A stretch of 63,737 bases of DNA, counting the filler, from Choristocarpus tenellus KU-1152 (taxonomy: Eukaryota > Protista > Phaeophyceae): assembly GCA_964200185.2 (NCBI GenBank). It is 12 parts of 12 records of this genome, joined end to end, with 100 filler letters (N's around TTAATTAATTAA, not from the genome) between each part and the next. Parts side by side here need not be neighbours in the genome. Positions count along the whole stretch, not along the records: positions 1 to 11,827 come from CAXNAD020002121.1; positions 11,928 to 20,423 come from CAXNAD020004648.1; 10 more parts are not named here. One strand, written 5' to 3'. Made by a program: the position numbers and the translations under genes. Position 1 is the first letter of the stretch, and each line of letters begins with the position of its first letter. Under the pieces are notes generated by a model. It saw only the letters and a program-made list of their open reading frames with translations. It ran no database searches and was not told the DNA's origin. This document shows, piece by piece, positions 1-11,966 of the stretch.

Positions 1-43
1 GCTGGAAGCGTGAGCGGGGGGGGGGGGGGGGGGTCGGTGAGGT

Positions 44-197
44 CGTCTACACCAGGGTGTCTATTCGGGCCCTGACCAGGAAAAGTGTACTTACATTATC
101 CACCCTACACATGCAACCAAATCACACAAAAATTGCGACATGCAAAAATAGGCCCCAAATGAACAGCTGCCACCACCACCCCCAGATACTTTGAGTC
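44..197 (+). mobile_element. MITE family B copy; left end not recognisable beyond the poly-G run
   Basis: gtctacaccagggtgtc...ccccaaatg...cagatactttgagtc, matching copies at 26476, 26861, 29436 and 53920. Confidence 0.85.
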
Positions 198-365
198 CTT
201 GATACAATGTAGGGGATGCATTCGGAGAAGCCTTTTGTTTTGTGACTTGACCAAGGATATATTTTTTGTTATGGCAGGAAGTATTGTATGTTTTTTCTTA
301 GGTAAACATGAGCAGTGACACAGGGGGAGGTTTTTATTTTGTATTTGAGAGGATGAGTTAGCTAA

Positions 366-625
366 GAGTCAATGTATCTTAGAGGGTAGAGCCGCATCCA
401 TTTGAGGGTCAAATTCCAACGTTGCAATTTCGATGTAATTTTGGCTATCGTACTTGTTACGAAGTGTAAATACCCTTGTTCTGGTCACACCTTTTCATAA
501 CGTGTACATTGTAACTACTTCGAAACATTTTTGACTAGAAAAATGTCATAAAAAAAAAATATGGGAAGGCAAGCCTCAAACGGACAAACAGGGCAATACT
601 CGTACCCTCTAAGATACTTTCACTC
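366..625. mobile_element. MITE family A, full length (~260 bp)
   Basis: TIRs GAGTCAATGTATCTTAGAGGGTA ... TACCCTCTAAGATACTTTCACTC; flanks ctaa/caaa; homologous to copies at 2654, 23431, 30994 and 62143. Confidence 0.9.
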
Positions 626-1599
626 CAAAACAGAGTGAGTGAGTGAGTTAGCGGGTGAGTGTGTGTGTGAGAGAGAGATACAAGTAATCCACAACCCTTT
701 TTTTCATTCCAGAAGTCAGACTGAATCTCAGCCAGTTTAAGTGATGCGAATCACATTTGCAGGCCTAGTACTTGTGCAAATAAATAGGGCTGAGAATATA
801 CTAGTGAAAGAATTTGCACAGTCAGTAGTTATGAGGATGAGGATTGTGATGCAACTACGCAACACTCCATGCACAGAAGGATAGTGGTAAAACAAAACAA
901 CTAAATGTTTGTCCAGAATACGGCAGCATAACCGATCGAGGTACAAACTCTTTGCTTGAGAGTATTGCTGGCCATCTTGTTCCTATGTTGTTGGGGAATT
1001 TTCATTTTTTGTAAGGCTTCTGATGTAGCACTAATTATCCTCAATACAATTTAGCATAGCAAGGTCTCATCATCACCGTGTTGTCAATATTGTTTGTTGT
1101 CTCACTGCCAGGTTAGAAGTTCTTTCAGAATCTACTTTTGTCATGTATTGTGCACATAGAAGGCCTGCCTTGTGATACATCTTGGGCATGTTGTGCCTCG
1201 ATACATGTATGGCAATGAACAATACCAAGAACTATCAACAGAACGCTTATTTTATCATGTGAGGAAGAAGACTCGCTAAGGGAGCTGCAGCACATACAAC
1301 AAAGCCCAGGTTTGAAGGTATATCACCTTGTACATCCCCCCCACAGTCTCTAGGCCTTTCCCCTTCTTGTAACGCCAAACCACCAAACTGAATACTATAC
1401 CGTACCAACATTTCAGACTATTTGACCCACCCACCCAACCCACAGATAAATATCTTGCTGATTTGATAGTTGAGTGTTGGAGAAATGCACCAAAACACCT
1501 TCTCGCTGGTTCTCTGTTGCTTCCCTACCCTTCACAAAGAGTAGAGACAGCAAGGAGGTGTTATCTCAAAGAAGTGCCTCCATACTAGTGGATTGAATT

Positions 1600-2520
1600 G
1601 TGTTCCTACAGATGATTTCTGAGATAACACCATCGCAAGAGCAAATGCTTACATATCGGGCTCCAGATGTCGAACCTGGCGCAGTGCCTCCGCAGCAGCA
1701 TCCACAGTTTCATCATCAATATCCCTGAGCCTGCCTGCAAGACCCTCTAGAAGTTTTTTGAAGTTTGGGAGGTCCAACGGTAGCCCCCGCACCTAGGGGA
1801 AGAGTGTACAGGTTTGGAGCTTGCCGGTGACGGCTTAGCCCTGCTTATCCCTCAAGAACATCCCCATTCCGAAGCCTTATCCACTAAGCACTTTTAACAG
1901 TTGTTGAACACGATTTAAACAACATCCCTGTATGGGAAAAATGGTAGTGTCAGGGCTAGGGTCCAAATAGATTTTGGGTTTTCTCCAACAGTCTATACTC
2001 CCAAAGGAGGGCGCCTACTGCATAAGGGTGGGATTTCGATATTGATACATTGTTTTGTATCCCCCTGTGAAATCACCTTATGCAAACAACTTCCTTTCTG
2101 CCCCCATAATCTACTATCCACATTGTTGTGCACAGACCTTTGTCCAACGATGGTGATCCTAAAGGGACGCAGAAAGAGCTGATTTGAATTCTGCATTTTT
2201 TGGTATGGGTGTATACAACTGAGGATTGCTATCAACAAGATTGCTTCCGATTTGTTTGCATGTCCAGCTCTCAGAGTAAGCAGGGGATATGGACCATGGG
2301 ATTATATACGTCAAGACAGAGCACCAAATACTGCTGCTCATCCCCCCCCTGCCAATCCCTGTAACTTCCACCCTTTCTTGCTCCAACTCTACAATGATGA
2401 CCTTCCCCATTCTTCGACCTCCTGCACTGTTTGTTGTGCAAGAGTGTCACATGAGTCTAAAGAAATGCTATATATCATGGAAACCCTTTGACATCACAAC
2501 ACACAATACCAGTGTGCCAT

Positions 2521-2553
<33 letters not shown>

Positions 2554-3540
2554 GGGGTCATATTATGTGGAGGCACACACAGGTTGAAGGGTAGCTAGAA
2601 AAGTATGAACAGTAACACTTTCACCCATTAGGAAGGTTTGTGTGTGTGCCATAGAGTGAAAGTATCTTAGAGGGTACGAGTTTTGCACTGTTTGTCTATT
2701 TGGTGCTTGACTTCCGATGGGTTTTTTTATGACATTTTCCTACTCCAAATTTTTTCGGAGTAGATAAGATGTACACATTCTGGAATATGGATATTGACAC
2801 TTCCTAACAAAAACTATAGCCAAAATTAGATCGAAATTGCAACATTGAATTTTGACCCCCAAATGGACACGACTCTATCCTCTAAGATACATTAGCTCAT
2901 ACTGACCCTAACCTTCACAACTCTTTGAGCTGATTTGATGCATCTCCTAACCTCTCAACCTTATCATCACTGAAGAGATTCGTTTGGAATTGGCACTCAA
3001 GGGTAGCCCAAGTTAAAGGAAAGTGTGCTACAATCTCTCAAGATACCCTCCCTCTCTGAGGTCCTAGCCCTATGAGTACATTTGCTTGTGTATGCGTGCT
3101 GGTTACTCACCAATAGGTTGAGGACATTTGCAGTACAGAATAGTCTCACGGCCTTGTCATCATGCTCCATTCCGTGGTAAACCATGTTTTCTACCATGAT
3201 GGGGCAAACATCGGGCAGATGATCCTGGGGTGGAGGAAATATTGCCCCAATCAAGGCAATCCCTCAGCATTGTTGCATCTTCAAATGTTATACTGAATAA
3301 CATAGCCGATCTCTTTACCCTCCCAATGCAACCTTTGAGCACGAGCTCAGGGGCACCAGAGATGCATGTACAGGTGGACCGTTCACCACAACCAAGTTGG
3401 CATATTAAACATACATGCAGTGGGTGTAATTTCCTAATTGTACCACGTTTGGATACATATTCACCAACATATTCCCCCATACACAGCATCTCATGCACCG
3501 AGATCTATCTGAAACCTGGCATACCCGCAACAGCAATGAG
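1600..3540 (-). pseudogene. Heavily decayed coding remnant, probably transposon-derived (possibly CxC/KDZ-type), interrupted by a MITE
   Basis: Patchy protein-like minus-strand frames (LDLPNFKKLLEGLAGRLRDIDDETVDAAAEAL; Cys-rich CQLGCGERSTCTC) broken by stops and frameshifts. No diagnostic catalytic motif seen. Confidence 0.25.
2654..2898. mobile_element. MITE family A copy, opposite orientation to 366-625
   Basis: GAGTGAAAGTATCTTAGAGGGTAC ... TCCTCTAAGATACATTAGCTC; flanked by ata/ata. Confidence 0.88.
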
Positions 3541-5849
3541 CCATGGTACCAACAGTAAAATATTTATCATATAGTGGCAAGGTTCAAGAGATAGCACACA
3601 TAGTACAACACGAAATATTCCCACCCCCTAGTATACATTGAGGCAATAGGATGAGCAGTTGTCATGCAAACTCTAATAACCCCTCAATCTTCTTGTTTGT
3701 AGTATATTCTACATGCTACTGGGTATCTATTCACTTATGTATATATATATATATATATTCCCCTAACTGAAAATGCTGCAGATATAGATAGATAGCAACC
3801 ACCCGATCGACATATCCCAGTCTCCAAACCTCTGTTCTGCACCTGTTGACAGACAATCTCTCTCAGCACATCCTCCGCAGGACTTCGGAGGCGGCGCCTG
3901 GAGAAGCAATCAATTGCTGCTGGGATTACCATGGTTAGACAGCCCCGAGCTGTGTGTGTCTCTTGGCCAGGCCCCTATGGGATGGAGAGATATTGACAAT
4001 TGGACAGGGGAACAGGCATGGATCGAGATGGAGTCTAGGTTGGAGGTAGGAGTGAAAGGGGAAGGCAGAGATTAGGACCAGCAGTTTGGACAAGCAAGCT
4101 ATTTCAACAGGTTTTTGTAATTGAAGTAATGGTGGTTGCGTCATTATGGAGTAAGCAAGATTGAGCTATAGGGGATGTTGTATGAGGAGCAATGTAATAA
4201 TGCGCCACTAGGAAGATCTGACCCCCTCATTATTTGCATCTACTCTGTCACTGTGGCAGAATGTATGTGCTTGTATGTGAGCCCAATTTTGATGTTGCGG
4301 TGATATGTCAAATGTCTCCTTTCTACTCTCTGTTGCCCACTCAAGATGTGGGGAGGTCACACTACCTTCTTCCCAACGTCCAGGTGAGTCAAATTATTAA
4401 ACAAGACGCACCCAGGTTTTGGCCGTTTTGCATTTTAAGCCTGTTTTTACAATCTTTTGTAATTCACACATATTTTTATTTCTACAAATGCAGTTTCAAG
4501 TTTGACTCAATATCATTTATTTCTCTATTGTTTGAAAATTTTCCGACACAATACAGAAAATATATTTTAACATTTTGCAACCCCCTCACCCCCCGATTTT
4601 TTCACATATTCTTCAGCATTCTTTAAACACGACTCTGGGTACCACCTCTTGTTTACTTTGATTCTGGTACAAGATGCACAGGGACTCCATTTTATGTTGG
4701 ATAAATGATTCCTAACGACCAAGAAGAGCGGTGAACTACCGAAAGTACCTAGCTTGCCGCAAACAAAACCACGCGACTCTCCTGCTTCTTTTCTGGGGGG
4801 GTTCAATATGTGTATTTCTTGGTTTCAAATCATTTAAAAACAAACAAAAAAATGCACCCTTCAACTGTCTAGGTGAAAAAAACCCAACGTACATACACAC
4901 ATAAGAAAGGGGCTCCTGAGGGAGACAAAATACGGTGGTGGGTGCACCTGGAGTCTTATACGGTGGTGACCATGTGCTGGTGATAGAACCCTGGACTCTT
5001 TTTCCTTGTGCCAATGGGCGAGCCACAAGACAGCATCCTTCAGAACCAATAGGGAATCGTGTGCTGCCTAAAAAGGAATGGGAGAGTAGTAAGGATTAGG
5101 TAGAGGGGTGAGCTGATTACGTGAAATGGAGGTGATAACTATATTGCTTCGAACTACTCCAGGTTGGAGGAACTTCCAGCTGGGAGGTTGCCGTGGAGTG
5201 AGTATGAGAAGTTGTGAGAAAGTCACTTAAACTTGAGGGAGAATTGGGTAGAGGTGAGCGGCAAATGACAAAATCGGAATGTGTGTGTGTCATGCAGAAT
5301 GACAAACAATGGACCTTTCACGCTTACTCGATACTCACTGAGTGAATATTGAGTATGCTTTAATTTATGTGGACCTTCAACCTACTGCATGGGGTTTTGC
5401 ACTTGTGTCTTATCTCTTGAAGGACTCTGGGCTGCTTGCTACCAATTGTTTGTATTGATTGCATCATCATATATTATGATGGCCTGATTCCTTATGTGAC
5501 ATGCTAGCCCCCCCAATCATCACAATTACAGTAGAGTGAGTAAAGTGGTAACAACTGTACAGATTGCAATAAAAGTACATTTGAAACCTGTTTAACCCCC
5601 AGCAGAGTATTGCTAGGATATAGCAAGACCCCATAACGGATTGTTGTAATTTAGTAGTATGATAGCAGAGTAATCAATTGATACTTGAAGATGTATGTGC
5701 TCAAGGTGGGGAGGATACAACAGGGAATTATTGTTGTGTTATGTAAATGAGGGCTGTAGATGAGCAAGATTGGAAGAGGATGCACTCCACTTGAAAGCTC
5801 AACGCGCTTGAGCAACACCAAGGCCGTGTTTCTGTCCCTGCATGCGTCA

Positions 5850-7500
5850 ATTTACTTCTCATACTGAGCAGGTACTATTGTAGCAAGCTGGTCATGTATC
5901 AATGACGTTTCTGGAACGCCAGAGTACGAAAATATAGAGTAGGATACAATTGATCAACAGAAAGGCATTTGCTCGTCAACATGGCCCTGGTCCTCCCTAA
6001 ATATACTAGCATAGGTGGAACAGTGGAGTGATGAGCGGGGAGTGGTTGGTGATGAGCAAACCTTGCAAATATTATTGAACAAGAATATTCTCAGGTGATT
6101 GAGCATGCTTCCGTTCCTGCTCATAATAACATATTGCGTCCTGCAATTTAATTTTTTTTTGGCTACCATCCCTTCCACCATGTCATCCCTCTGTTTATTC
6201 TGCTCTCTTAACGCAAGCTCATGAAGGCCAAACCCCACTTCTTGAATATTAACAGGTCACCGCTAAGATGTTTTTGTCTATTTTTAGTATGCTGATGGGA
6301 CTAGCTGGACCAAATAGTGTGTGTTTATTTATATTTAATATCAGAGGGTGTCCTGAAATATCAAATCATACTTTGAAGTAGGACACAAAGCAACACATAC
6401 TGTTTTGAATCGAGTGATTGGGTACGACTCATCCTCTCTTGCTTGGGAGGAAATGCAGTGCTAATGTGCTTGTTATTAACTACAGCAGAGACAGTGATGC
6501 AGCGTGCTTTCATTTACAATCCACACACACGTGTCGGGTGAGTAAAACTACCCAGTACAGCATTATTACTAATTCAACTAGGGGATGGGTCCTTAAAAGT
6601 GAAATCAATAATTCTAAGTCCACAACAGCCCTTGCGTGGTTTTTCATTGGTGTGACAAAATTCTTATATTACTGGTTGAGTGAAGCTCCTCTGTGGAGTC
6701 AAGAAAGTTTATGCCTCTTTGTCAACACAAGAAGTCGTTCAAATCAGAGGAGGCTGGCACCCTCCATCACTATCTCTAACTTGTTTCCTACCTTTTGTGC
6801 TGTCGGCTGTACTCTTGTATGTTGATCCAACAAGTTGCGAATCCCCATGAACACAGATCTGGGATCAGGACCACCTACCCCATTTGGTGCTGTGATGGCT
6901 ACCGAGGTGTCTGTTTTGTCCTCCATTGCATGCCTTGATGCCACCACTGTATGGATCCGGCGGAGTAACTCCAGTTCCCCTCCAGGCCCTACCGTACCCA
7001 TACGCAAATGTTTGGAAAGGGTGGGATCGTACAAAGGGAGGCGGAGGATGATACATTTTTGTTCCAGCGAGGAAGGGTTCAGTTTTGTTCTACCCCATCT
7101 CTCTTGTATGAATATATACACAGAAGAATCGTGTCCTTGAGGAAAAACCGTTAGATAGGGAAAATAGGCTATCGTACGAAGCAATAGTATGAACTATTTT
7201 CGCTGGAATAGAAAACCTCCTTGCTATATGTATGACAAGCGAGGCGATGCCAGTGATTTAAGCAAGCACACTTCAAGCACCTATACTTACTTATGTTGGT
7301 CCTTGAAGGGTCTGTTTCACTATGGGTAGTGGTCGATGTCCTTCCCTGATTGACAGAATTGGATCTTTGAAATGACATCATCAGGGATGCTTGACAACCA
7401 ATAGCTGACCTTTGTCGGCAGCACAGAGATTATACCGGAGCTCGCTGTTTTTTGGTTTTCGAGCACCTCTCGTTCATAAACGATGGTCACCTGTGTGCGA
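5850..7500 (-). CDS. Possible multi-exon gene or decayed element of unknown function (candidate exons ~7290-7410, ~6792-7135, ~6060-6240)
   Basis: 146-aa open frame at 6744-7184 with AG/GT borders, phase-compatible with the upstream ATAA|GTAAGT donor. No recognised domain. Confidence 0.3.
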
Positions 7501-9330
7501 CAGGAGATAAACAAATTTCTTTAATAAACCAGCGCAAATGTGCATCCACTACTAGAGCGTAGTACTGCCGTCCTTCCCACGATTCAGGTCGACTGAAAAA
7601 ACTCTAGGATAATGTGAAGCTTCCTGCAATGTTACCAACGCTGATTAACTATTTTAGTTCCCACCGTGGTGTCGACCTCGCCTCGACCTTCGCTGCCAAT
7701 TCGAGACAAAACTATTTTGCATTCATACTAGCCAGGAAATTGTATATTTATCCCTCTTCCCGACTTCCCTGTTCCTTCCCTCGTTTAGCATAGGCAACTT
7801 CTGCAGTTGGTGCATTTATACCATTTGTTTCCGCTGAACGCGATACAAGCGCCTTGTACAACAATAGGCCTATATTGCCTCTAATATTCTGTGTCCTTGT
7901 GTATGTATGACAGGAGAACTATCTGCGTCTATTGTGACCCAACACGCTCACATTTGTATGTGCTGCTAATGCAAGACAGCGGATCGGTTCGTGAAGGAAA
8001 TTACTTACGTTGATCTGCAGTGAACCTCTTGTTTCCTTCTCATCTTGTTTTATGGTACTTCAATATATTGTAGAGATATGTTTGGTGACAGTTTCACCGA
8101 TTAATCCCCTCGTTTAAAAACCAGAACGCCCTAACCTTAAGCATGGTCACATGGATTGTAGTGGTTCTTTGTTTCTCCCTGTTGTTGTTGTTCTGGTAGC
8201 TGCAGATGTCGCAGAGGTGTGAGCCAGTCCGGGTACAAGCCACCCTACAGGAAGGAGGAAACGAGGAAAGGCATTATCATTGGGAGCACCTTGTTGTCTA
8301 CAAATATTCACACAATCGTCACGAACTGAAGCACAAGGTTTGAGTTGTTACTTTCTTCCCTCTCGTAGCTTGCTCGGCACCTTTGGAGGATCAAAGCCGC
8401 CATCAGCTCTGTGGACGGTAGGCCAGATTGCTCTTATAGAATTAATGTGTTGAATTTTGGATTGATTGTTGTTGTGCGCGATCAGTGGTTGCAAGCGAGA
8501 TATCAGTCGTTGACAATTGTTTTCCCTCCACTCTTCCCTGTGTGGGGCTGCTTATGAAGGTTAGCTTTAGAAGTAGAGAGAAGTTTTTGACAAGGGTGTT
8601 GAGAAAGGACCAAAAAAGTTACTAGGGGGTTGTGTGTTGCTTTGCTACCGTTGAAAATCGTCTGCACCCGATCTGAATGGCCATGCTATGTCAAGAAGGA
8701 TGGTAAGGGACTCCACAAAGTCCGTCGCCACCTCCGTCCTCGGGTTGGCTCGGGCTTGGGCAGTAATTATAGTGGAACCCTCACCAATAGGAAACCTGGG
8801 AATAGCTCAGGACATAACCGTGCAAGCTCACACTATAGAATCTCATCGTGGTCACCTTTTGTTGCTATCCATAACATGATGTATGCATTTTCACGAAGTA
8901 GTTCTATCGTAGTTTGAACTAATGTAATTTTTCTGGCATGATGGTGATAATCTTCGCAGGCGATATCCAAAATCGTGATCAAGAACTTCTCTTAGGTCGA
9001 AAGGTCGTACCGACTGCCCAGTGAAAGATTTTGTTGGTTGAGTTGAGCATGGAGGATGAAAAGCCCCCCTACACAGGCGGAGCACAGATGCATCATCATG
9101 AAGAAGCACACGGTGAGGGGAGAGTGGAGGTCCAAGACTGCAGAAAAATTATCATGACTAGCGCACCAGCAGACAAGTTCTAAGTGCATGATCTGATGAA
9201 GGTTTGAGCGAGGAGAAGTTTCATGTTACCTCCTTCTGAGCTGTTTGTGTGTTGGAAAAAGGAAAGTTAAGTCGTTTTTTTCGCTCGGAGGTGTTTAATT
9301 GATTGTCACTGTTTAAGCCGATCAGCAAAA

Positions 9331-11827
9331 GTGACAACAACAATAAGAATCTATCCAAAACACTACATCGATACAGAGGCACAGTCTTCCGTTGCAGCAA
9401 AGGCTGCCGAGAGATCTTCACTATGGTCACGTCTCGTCGTCTTCTACTCCACACACAAGCCGGACCAGTTGAAACCTGAGGTATGTCTTATGACTAATTT
9501 TCTTGCAGTAACTCTTAAGTTAATATCCAGAGTCAAGCTACCCTTGGTTTTCAGCATCTTCGTGCAATATGCTGGGAATGTTGTGATGAACGGCTTGGTC
9601 ATATTACATACCAAGGATTTTTTTCCTGCTTTCATGACTGTAGTGCTTGCCGCTAGGAAGTTGTGGAAGTATGGAAGTTGCAATCGTGCTTTTGTTGTAC
9701 ATTAGCACAGCAGAAGAGATGTGACTTATGGAGGCAAAGATGATACTGGCAGCTAGAGATTGGAAGATGATGTGCGGTAACGTCTCAAGATACACAATCA
9801 AGGGATCAACTAGTGCAGCTGCTTCCTGATGAATTGATTTGATTCAAATTCAGGATCATTATCTTACCAGGAAAAAACGAAAATTAAAACCGAGTCAGAC
9901 AAATGCCCTAGACAAAGCTGCGGCCGAGGTGATCCAGAAGGTGTAGATGCAATTTTGTGTTGTTGAACAAACTAGCTTTCTGAGGCAGCAGGTGCCTCAG
10001 AGAATTTTAGTTTGCCAGCCTTGGCGCACTTACAGTCATGCTGCCTCACGCTCAAACTCATTCATTGAGAATAGGACGATGTTGTGAACAAGGATGGTTT
10101 TGATAAAGATTATTGTCAACACTCCACACTAGGTTGTTGCCCCACTCTTTGTTCTTTGCTTGTTATCTTCCCCAAAGGTCATGGCAGAAATTGTTGCGAA
10201 GTACGGCTCAAAAGAACGAGAGCTTGGAGCCAGGCTCATGAAGAAGTATGGGGTCCCCCTCCCCACCTCTGTTTCCACGATAAAGTTGCATGAAGTCTTG
10301 GCTGAGTTCAACATGGTTGATGAGGATCATACCCCACACACATCAGGTGGAGTCCAGCAGGTTCGGGAGGCAGCCTTAAGCATCTCTTGTTAATAGTAAA
10401 TCCAATTGTGCCTGTATGATTTTGGGGGTAATTGAGAGGGGCTGGGTCTCGGGAAGACTCATTATTCCTTTTTGGGGTTTCAGCAAGGGGAATTGGGGAG
10501 GCTGGTGGAACAGAGTGCTGTTCAATATATCTCAAAATCACTATCTCTTATACTGGTAAATGCACCCGTACTGTGCCTTCTGCAACAGTTACTTCCTTTC
10601 CACAGACTGTGCTAGTTCAGCCTCCTGACCCCCAAATGCAAACATGGACCAACATTGCAAGCAAAGCTCTCGTTGTTGTTGACCATGTACCAACGATGAT
10701 CTGTCTGTCAATCTAGGCTGCTGGAAGCTCTGGGGAAATGTTAGGGGATGGGAAAGTAGGAATCAATGTGGCTCCTAGAGCAAGAGAAGAGCCAATCCAG
10801 GATGCAGCTGGAGAGGCTGAGGATGATGACGAAGATCTAGAAGATGGAGAGATCAATGTCAAGCAAAAGCTGGACTTCCTATCCTCTTCATTTGACCCTT
10901 TAGAAGTGGGTCAATGATGTGTTTTTCCAGACAGTGGTTGGTGCCCTAGATGAAATGTTGTTTTTCCTGTCTAGTGACGTGATGACGTGAGCACACCTTC
11001 CCCTTCCCATAGCTACAGTAATTATTGATATGTAAGAAAATATTAAGGAGTAGTTGCACCACATTGCAATGTTCTACATGTTGTGGAGAGTACTTACTGT
11101 GTTAAAAAGAGCAATGCTCTTTCAGTGTTCCTCCAGTCTTACGCACATGCAGACAAACTAAATAATAATGAAATCCTTGTATCATATCTCAAAGCCTTAC
11201 TCTGCAGTGTTTTCCAATGCACATTCTGAAAGGGTGACAAGGAATGTCAGAGGTTGCATCTTTAGACTCTAGGTTATCTTCTGTACTCCGTAAACATCTT
11301 GCTCTTGAACTCTTGGACCGCTGCATGCTGGTGACTCTGTCAAGCTGACGCTCTTTGCTCCCACAACTGACTGCAGTTGTTGTCCACCACACACAATCTC
11401 ACTTGACACACAATCTCACTTGTCCGCTTCTCTTAGTATGTTTCCTCCATCACTATCATCCTTCCACACCCCTACATTCCACAACCTCGAAGAGCTTCAT
11501 GTGTGCATTATCCTTACCCAGAAGACCATCTGGTGCTTTCTCTTCTTCTCCCCACCTGCCCCCTACATCAAAACACATCACTGGCAAGCTAGGCCTTGAC
11601 TGCTGCTGGAGCCTCTCCCCCCTTCCCAGATGAGCCCTCGCTGGATAATATCACCAAGTGCAGAAGCATGGTTGAGGCGGTGGAAGTGACCCTAGAGACA
11701 AGGAGGGCCATAGTAGATGGGAGAGGGGGGGAAGCTAAAGGGCGGGCAATACCTGGAGAACTAGGTCAAGGGCTGGGCCCAGGCAATGTGGTGGGCTGTG
11801 GAGCAAGTGCAGAGGGGGGGTTGTCAG
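9331..11827 (+). CDS. LSM11: LSm11-like (U7 snRNA-associated Sm-like) protein, N-terminal part. Exons ~9331-9480, 10178-10360, 10717-10905, 11593-11827 (cut by contig end; true start not defined)
   Basis: Phase-0 splicing gives KLDFLSSSFDPLE|ALTAAGASPPFPDEPSLDNITKC, matching the LSm11 N-terminal signature LDxxSxxFDPLxALxxxxxxPxPxxxxxxN. Upstream exons give RLVVFYSTHKPDQLKPE|VMAEIVAKYGSKERELGARLMKKYG. The Sm domains lie outside the contig. Confidence 0.72.
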
Positions 11828-11927
11828 NNNNNNNNNNNNNNNNNNNNNNNNNNNNNNNNNNNNNNNNNNNNTTAATTAATTAANNNNNNNNNNNNNNNNN
11901 NNNNNNNNNNNNNNNNNNNNNNNNNNN
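11828..11927. other. Artificial contig linker N44-TTAATTAATTAA-N44; the same linker occurs at 20424-20523, 27068-27167, 31313-31412, 34222-34321, 39354-39453, 42933-43032, 45925-46024, 53820-53919, 57572-57671 and 61101-61200
   Basis: Eleven identical 100-nt spacers carrying a six-frame stop 12-mer. Recognised genes are cut at the linkers and do not visibly continue across them. Confidence 0.98.
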
Positions 11928-11966
11928 CCCCCTCCCTTTCCTCTCTTGGTTACTTCGACTGATCAG

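Noticed and set aside
11872-11883. Recurrent TTAATTAATTAA as a biological motif
   Set aside because: Always centred in exactly 100-nt N-linkers; it is a synthetic six-frame stop.
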